From a candidate division WOR-3 bacterium (GTDB lineage: Bacteria > Hydrothermota > Hydrothermia > LBFQ01): 21,817 nt of DNA. The translations under genes were made by a program, and so were the position numbers. Shown here piece after piece: positions 16,343 through 21,817 of the stretch. Numbering within the stretch: the stretch's first letter is position 1; the number at the start of each line of letters is the position of its first letter. Under the pieces are notes generated by a model. That model did not search any database and was not told where the DNA came from. It worked only from the letters and a program-made list of their open reading frames with translations. Location of the stretch: contig JALUCS010000001.1 of NCBI GenBank assembly GCA_027050205.1, forward strand, positions 1 through 21,817, read 5' to 3'.

Positions 16343-18441
16343 TACCCCTTCTCCTCGCGGAGGTAGTGTTCCGGGGAGGCTACCTTGAGTACTTCCCGGA
16401 CAGCGGTCTCGTACTCCTCTACGACAGTGCCTACGTTAAAACCTCCGAGGGGACGGAGCTGTGGGCGGACACCGTAAAGTACTGGAGGTGGGCGAACGTC
16501 GTTGAGGCCTCCGGGGGCTTCGTCCTAAAGACCACCGAGACGAAGATAACGGGGCGGTACCTCAAGTACAACCTTGACAGGCAGACGGGTATAGCCACCC
16601 GGAGCCGCACCTTCGTAGAGAAGGGCTGGATAGTGGGGGATACGGTCTATAAGGTGTCCGAAAACTCCATATTCACCTACAACGGGTACTTCACCACGTG
16701 CGAACTCCCCAGACCCCACTACCGTTTCGTCTCCCGCACAATGAGGGTGGTCAAGGGAGACCTCGCCGTCGTCAGGCCGCTTATCTTATACATACGGGAC
16801 ATCCCCGTCCTCTACGCCCCCTTCTGGTTCATGCCGGCGGGCAAGGAGAGGTCTTCGGGCTTCCTCCCCCCCTCCATCGGGAACAGCACGCGGGACGGCC
16901 TATACATCCGGAACCTCGCCTTTTACTTCGCTATAAACAACTTTCAGGACATAACCCTCTTCGCCGACATCATCCAAAAGCGTGGGGTGAGGTTCGGTGC
17001 GGATTACCGCTACAACGTCTATAAGACCCTGAAGGGTGGTTTTACGGGGACGTACGCCTACGACCTCGCCGAAGGGGGGAACGTCAGGAGGTGGAGCCTC
17101 AAGGGGGATCACAGCCAGGGCCTCTTCGGTTTTGACCTGACCGCCCACGCCGACTTCGTCTCCGACTCTCGCTACTTTCAGGACTACGCCGAGGTGCCGG
17201 ATCAGTGGGTCCAGAGCGAGTTGGTGTCCTACCTGACCCTGCGGCGCACCTTCGCCTTCGGCCTCCTCTCCACCAACCTATACAACCGCTACGACCCCGT
17301 CAGGAACATCACCCGCAGGACCCTCCCGGAGGTATCCCTGACCCTCCTCCCCATCACCCGGTTCGGCCTCTCCCTATCCAACTCCTTCAACCTCCGGAGG
17401 GAGGTGATAGACTCGGTGGGAAACAGGAGGGAGAGCCGGGAGATGACGACCTCCCACTCCTTAAACACCACCTACACCCTCTTCCACTTCACCCTATCCC
17501 CCAACCTATACCTCAACACCCGCGCCAGGGATACAGTGGGCGGCGGGGTACTCTTCGGAAAGAAGTACGGCTTTTCCCTACCCCTCTCAACCACCCTCTA
17601 CGGGATATCCCTCTTCGGCCTCGGTCCGGCCGAGAAGTTCCGCCACATAATGAAGCCCACATTAGCTTACTACTACGAGAACGCCCCCGACAGCCTCTTC
17701 GGTGCCTACGGCGAGAGGAAGGGCCTGACCTTCTCCCTTGACAACACCCACGAGGCCCGCATAAGACGGGATACGGTGAAGGAGGTCAAGACCCTCCTCC
17801 AGTGGAGCCTCTCTACCAGCTACGTCTTCTCCGACAGTCTCTCTGGACGCCCCTTTACCGAGCATCTGACCCCTCCCACCTTTATGGCAAGGACCTCACC
17901 TGCCCGGTGGATGAGCATAACGGCCTACGGCACCTACGACCACCTAAAGGGGAGGCTCTCCTCCGGACAGGTCATCCTCAACCTCGGCCGCTTCAACCTG
18001 AACGAGCTACTCAAGGGGAAGGTGGGGGTGAGGGACACCGCGGACACCCTCAAGGGGGACACGACGGCGAAGGACACCACCCTTAAGGAGGAGGATCTCC
18101 TTGAGGCCAACAAGCCTAAACCCTCCCCCTGGACCTTCGGCCTATCCTACTCCTACTCCCTGACGGCCTACGGCCAGCCCCCTCTAAGTACGGTGCGCTT
18201 TGGCATATCCGGAAGCCCCACCCCCTACTGGTTCATAGACTACTCCTTTACCTACGACCTGACCAACCGGAGGTATCTGGATCAGAGCCTTAGCGTGGCG
18301 AGGGACCTGCACTGCTGGAAACTTGAGGCCCGCTGGTCGTGGTTCGGCGGGTACTCCACCTACGACGTGCGGATATTCGTCAAGGCCATACCGGAGATAG
18401 CCATAAAGCGTGGCGTTCTGGACATCTTCCTGCCGAAGTAG
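16339..18441 (+). CDS. lptD: Putative LPS assembly protein LptD
   Basis: OstA-like N-terminus, FTTCELPRPHY, RSSGFLPPSIG, long beta-barrel, RDLHCWK near the C-terminus. Confidence 0.85.
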   Translation: MIPLLLAEVVFRGGYLEYFPDSGLVLLYDSAYVKTSEGTELWADTVKYWRWANVVEASGGFVLKTTETKITGRYLKYNLDRQTGIATRSRTFVEKGWIVGDTVYKVSENSIFTYNGYFTTCELPRPHYRFVSRTMRVVKGDLAVVRPLILYIRDIPVLYAPFWFMPAGKERSSGFLPPSIGNSTRDGLYIRNLAFYFAINNFQDITLFADIIQKRGVRFGADYRYNVYKTLKGGFTGTYAYDLAEGGNVRRWSLKGDHSQGLFGFDLTAHADFVSDSRYFQDYAEVPDQWVQSELVSYLTLRRTFAFGLLSTNLYNRYDPVRNITRRTLPEVSLTLLPITRFGLSLSNSFNLRREVIDSVGNRRESREMTTSHSLNTTYTLFHFTLSPNLYLNTRARDTVGGGVLFGKKYGFSLPLSTTLYGISLFGLGPAEKFRHIMKPTLAYYYENAPDSLFGAYGERKGLTFSLDNTHEARIRRDTVKEVKTLLQWSLSTSYVFSDSLSGRPFTEHLTPPTFMARTSPARWMSITAYGTYDHLKGRLSSGQVILNLGRFNLNELLKGKVGVRDTADTLKGDTTAKDTTLKEEDLLEANKPKPSPWTFGLSYSYSLTAYGQPPLSTVRFGISGSPTPYWFIDYSFTYDLTNRRYLDQSLSVARDLHCWKLEARWSWFGGYSTYDVRIFVKAIPEIAIKRGVLDIFLPK

Positions 18442-18479
18442 GCGCCGGATCCATCCATCGCTTGAGGTTGCACGACGCC

Positions 18480-18932
18480 CTTCCAAAAACCGTAAGTCTG
18501 ACTTTAGAAAATTGAAACTCGCTCTTTAGGAAACCGCAAATTATGCTTTAAGATTCTTGAAATACGAATTACGGAATCAGGGCGATAAAACCACCGTACG
18601 GTGGAAGATTTTACCAAACAAGGGCCGAGATGTCAGTCTCAACGGGAATCGGAGTTCGCAGTTGCATCAGACAGGGATACGAAGCCCGTCCAGAAACTGT
18701 AAATCGCACTTCAAAGAATTGAAACCTGCACTTCAATAAGATGCAAGTTGTACTTTAGGATTTTTGTACTCCCATCAACAGATTCTGAAAGGTAGGGGTA
18801 TGTTTCACCTTCAAAACTATCATCCCATCCGGCGAACGGTCGTTCCTTTCAAAATCTTGAATTCCGTTTCAGGAAATATGAGGTCTTATTTGGAAAAACC
18901 GTAAATGCAACCTTAAGATTCTGGAACCCACA
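18480..18932 (+). repeat. Three blocks of four degenerate 22-bp units
   Basis: Blocks 18480-18567, 18687-18774 and 18845-18932; units such as ctttagaaaattgaaactcgct / cttcaaagaattgaaacctgca and ctttaagattcttgaaatacga / ccttaagattctggaacccaca. Confidence 0.6.
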
Positions 18933-19218
18933 GGACAGAATTGCAATTCCCTCCCATCGGAGGTTGGCACCACCCTATCCACCGAATGTCTGGTGTTGTA
19001 TTCAGCCCATCTTCGGAACCGGCTTTTGGGAAGTGCGACTTGGTAGAAGTCGGCATCACAGTTCAGATTTTGGGACCTACGATACCAAATCTCGCGCCAA
19101 CGCTCACGAGGAATGTATCGCTCTATCCTCCAAATACCTTCAGGTACCCAGTGGGCCAAAGATAGGATAGCGGGCTTTTGGAGGACCTTGGGTCCTATGA
19201 GGGCCTTAGAATATCCGT

Positions 19219-19878
19219 ATGTACAGGCTACTGCCCCTAATCCTCATCCTCACGGCCTGTGGAGGAGCCGGTGAAAGGAACTCGGCCGATAGCCACACAA
19301 CTACCCCCCAAAAGTCCGCAGAAACGCCTAAGGGGTCCGTTTCTACCCCCTCGGCGCCCGTAGGACCTGGGGAGGAGGAGAGGGTACCGGAACCACCGCA
19401 GGAAGTCGCAATGAGGGTCCTGAAGGCGATAAAGTTCGGTAAGGTGAAGGTCCTCGCCTCTTTGATCTCACCGGACGGTGTCCTCCTCTCCCCGGACGTT
19501 CATGTGGATGAGGGGGACATCAAGCTCAAGCCGGAGGAGTTCTTGAAAGCGTGGGAGGAGGATAGGAAGTTCGTCTGGGGCTACGAGGCTGGCTCCGGAA
19601 GACCCATAGAGATGGGTATAAGGGAGTTCTTCAAGAGGTACATCTACGATAGGGATTACCTCAACGCCCCGAAGGTGGCCACCAACAGGAGGCTCGGCAG
19701 GGGGAACACCAAGGACAACGTAAAGGAGGCCTACCCTGACGCTACCTTCGTTGAGTTTCACTTCCCCGGTACCGAGAAAAACGGAGGGATGGACTGGAGC
19801 AGCCTCCGGGTGGTTATGCGGAGGTACGGGGGGGAGTGGAAGGTGGTAGCCCTGATGCACGACGGTTGGACGCCTTAG
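19219..19878 (+). CDS. Hypothetical lipoprotein
   Basis: Lipobox LTAC, Pro/Ser/Thr linker, globular domain ending FVEFHFPG...GMDWSSLRVV...WKVVALMHDGWTP. Confidence 0.8.
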   Translation: MYRLLPLILILTACGGAGERNSADSHTTTPQKSAETPKGSVSTPSAPVGPGEEERVPEPPQEVAMRVLKAIKFGKVKVLASLISPDGVLLSPDVHVDEGDIKLKPEEFLKAWEEDRKFVWGYEAGSGRPIEMGIREFFKRYIYDRDYLNAPKVATNRRLGRGNTKDNVKEAYPDATFVEFHFPGTEKNGGMDWSSLRVVMRRYGGEWKVVALMHDGWTP

Positions 19879-19900
19879 TGCGACTTTACAATAGCCGACC

Positions 19901-21172
19901 GTGTTTTCTGCGCTCGTATCCGTCCTCGCCGTCCTCTTTGGCTTCAGCCTCCTGATAGTTTGGCACGAGTTAGGCCATCTCCTCGCGGCCCTCTCCATCG
20001 GGTTGGAGGTTGAGGTCTTCTCCATAGGGTTCGGACAGAGGCTGTGGGGCTTCCGGTTCAGGGGGATAGACTTCCGGATCTCCGCCATACCCTTCGGTGG
20101 GTACGTGCGGTTCGCCGACGAGGGAGGGGGTGGGATACCGAGGGAGTTCTTCAATCGCCCTCTATGGCAGAGGATCTGGGTCGTCCTCGCCGGCCCCCTC
20201 TTCTCCTTCATACTCGGCCCTATGCTCATAGCCCTCGCCCTCGCCGTCAGTGGCAACGTCGCCGTAATGACGACCCGGATATGGAGGTCCTACGTACCGG
20301 AGTTTATGGACAGGGACTCCGTCCTAACCCTCAACGGGGAGTTCCTCAAGAGCGGTGAGAGGTTCTTGAACCTCGTATCGGAGGAGGGAAAGAAGAGGAT
20401 ACGTCTCATTAGGGAGGGGAAGGTTCTGAACCTGACGGTCGGTAGGGCCGTACCCGTCGACAGCCTCGTTATGAGGATCCCTCCCATAGTCGGTGAGGTG
20501 AAGAGGGGTTATCCGGCGTACGATGCCGGCGTTAAGGTGGGCGATACGATAGTGGCCGTTGATACGGTGGAGGTAGGGACGTGGCAGGACCTGGTGAATT
20601 ACGTACAGGACAAGGGGGATGGGGATACCGTCCTCCTAACCGTTCGCCGTAAGGGGAAGGTTCTCACCTTAAAGGTGGGGGTAAAGGAGGAGGGGGGCGT
20701 AGGGAGGATAGGTATAGTGGTGGCCTATCGGACTTATCCGATGACGCCCCTTGAGATCCTAAAGGAGACGGGGCGGCTAACCGTAAAGTTCTCCGTCCTC
20801 CTCGCCGACGCCGTAAAGCGGATGGTCAGGCGACAGGTAAAGGTGGAGGAAGCCATCGGGGGACCCATAACCATAGGGGCGGCTATGGCCACCACCGCCC
20901 AGGAGGGCATAGACCGGTACCTCCTCCTCCTGGCTGTCATCACCCTACAGTTGGCAGTCATAAACCTCCTGCCCATACCCGGACTTGACGGCGGCCACAT
21001 CCTGTTCTTCTTGGTGGATGAGGCATACTACAGGGTTAAGAAGCGGAGGATACCGGAGAGGGCGCACCTGTGGATAGTGGCCATTGGGGTGGGCATCCTT
21101 ATGCTCCTCGCCGCCCTGATCTTGGGGTTGGACATCCTAAAACTCCTGACGGGGAGGCTCCTACCTCGCTGA
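19901..21172 (+). CDS. rseP: RIP zinc metalloprotease RseP (M50) with PDZ domain
   Basis: HELGH, FSIGFG, IPFGGYV, LAGP, PDZ (PAYDAGVKVGDTIVAVD), GGPITI, NLLPIPGLDGGH. Confidence 0.95.
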   Translation: MFSALVSVLAVLFGFSLLIVWHELGHLLAALSIGLEVEVFSIGFGQRLWGFRFRGIDFRISAIPFGGYVRFADEGGGGIPREFFNRPLWQRIWVVLAGPLFSFILGPMLIALALAVSGNVAVMTTRIWRSYVPEFMDRDSVLTLNGEFLKSGERFLNLVSEEGKKRIRLIREGKVLNLTVGRAVPVDSLVMRIPPIVGEVKRGYPAYDAGVKVGDTIVAVDTVEVGTWQDLVNYVQDKGDGDTVLLTVRRKGKVLTLKVGVKEEGGVGRIGIVVAYRTYPMTPLEILKETGRLTVKFSVLLADAVKRMVRRQVKVEEAIGGPITIGAAMATTAQEGIDRYLLLLAVITLQLAVINLLPIPGLDGGHILFFLVDEAYYRVKKRRIPERAHLWIVAIGVGILMLLAALILGLDILKLLTGRLLPR

Positions 21173-21338
21173 TTATACCCCCAAGCCGTGAGCATTTTCG
21201 GAACCGGCCTACGATTTCTCCACACCATCACGAGTTAGGATGATGGCTAAAAGGGGTGAAGAGGGTAATGTTGAAAATAATTGAAAATTTTGCAGATAAA
21301 TTGTCAAAATTTATATTTTATGAAATTGAAATGGGACG

Positions 21339-21365
21339 ATCGCCCGCTATTATATAGCGGGCGAT
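21339..21365. promoter_or_regulatory. Perfect 12-bp inverted repeat abutting a start codon
   Basis: ATCGCCCGCTAT-tat-ATAGCGGGCGAT immediately followed by ATG 21366; AT-rich tract upstream. Confidence 0.6.
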
Positions 21366-21722
21366 ATGAGGATCAGGATAGCGCTTTCTGTCCTTGTTCT
21401 CGCGCTTGTCGGCTGGGCGGGTTGTAGGAACCTGCCGACTTCTCCCGAGGCTAAGGACGTCCTCAACACCCTCTCCGTTTCCCCGGACAGTACTCCGCAT
21501 CTCCAGAGCGGGTACATCTACTGGATCAACGTTGCCTGGGGATTCGTAGAGAGGTATAGGAACTGGAGGTGCGGGGTTGAATCCTGGTTCCCTTTCCGGT
21601 ACAGGTACCGTTACAGGTACTGGCTGACGATAAGAACGGAAGATTACCAGTTCGACTGGTATCATGTTATCAAAAACTGGTTTATAGATGTATGCTTTGT
21701 CCAAAAAGTGAGGGGGTGGTAG
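21366..21722 (+). CDS. Hypothetical W/Y/R-rich lipoprotein, probably truncated by IS insertion
   Basis: MRIR + hydrophobic stretch + WAGC lipobox; the last ~9 codons run through the putative IS end. Confidence 0.6.
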   Translation: MRIRIALSVLVLALVGWAGCRNLPTSPEAKDVLNTLSVSPDSTPHLQSGYIYWINVAWGFVERYRNWRCGVESWFPFRYRYRYRYWLTIRTEDYQFDWYHVIKNWFIDVCFVQKVRGW

Positions 21723-21817
21723 TGGTCGGGGATAGAATAGAGGGATATGAAGGAGAAGAAGGAGAAGAAGAGGGACTGGAAGAAGTACAACGAGCAGTTG
21801 GTAAGGAGGGGAGAAAT
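21693..21817 (+). mobile_element. Left end of an IS5-family (IS903-like) insertion sequence
   Basis: tGCTTTGTccaaaaag resembles IS903-type ends (GGCTTTGTTG..., from memory) and lies 54 bp before the transposase start. Confidence 0.6.
21747..21817 (+). CDS. IS5-family transposase N-terminus (runs off window end)
   Basis: Not in ORF track. MKEKKEKKRDWKKYNEQLVRRGE matches the W..YN..L..RG start motif of IS903-like transposases. Confidence 0.8.
   Translation, partial: MKEKKEKKRDWKKYNEQLVRRGE

Noticed and set aside
18490..18725. CRISPR array suggested by two segments ending AATTGAAAC
   Set aside because: Copies are too divergent, are 207 bp apart, show no regular repeat-spacer period and have no cas genes nearby; better described as 22-bp phased units.
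18557..19170. Short ORFs of 60-96 aa in the second island
   Set aside because: Overlapping frames with no codon bias like the real genes and no recognisable domains.

Overview
GC-rich chromosomal window from a diderm bacterium, probably a thermophile of an FCB-affiliated lineage such as WOR-3 (inference from protein styles only). The centre is a clade II nitrous oxide reductase cluster in a split layout: cytochrome c-nosZ-nosB-nosL-nosD on the minus strand, and divergently an unknown lipoprotein plus nosF-nosY. Around it are housekeeping and envelope genes: partial folP, OsmC family, LytR_C, BamA/TamA, panB, pgpA, a small beta-barrel, LptD and rseP. There is also a FIST + PATAN/receiver pair, a cysteine-less tandem rhodanese, two AT-richer intergenic islands with degenerate repeats, and the 5' end of an IS5-family element. 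Three window-wide patterns stand out. (1) Non-lipoprotein exported proteins carry only 6-10 residue uncharged hydrophobic N-termini instead of normal signal peptides, while lipoproteins have canonical ones. (2) A TANAAT -10 box lies 6-9 nt before 11 start codons, suggesting leaderless transcription. (3) Exported proteins are rich in D-(S/T)-hydrophobic O-glycosylation-type sequons.
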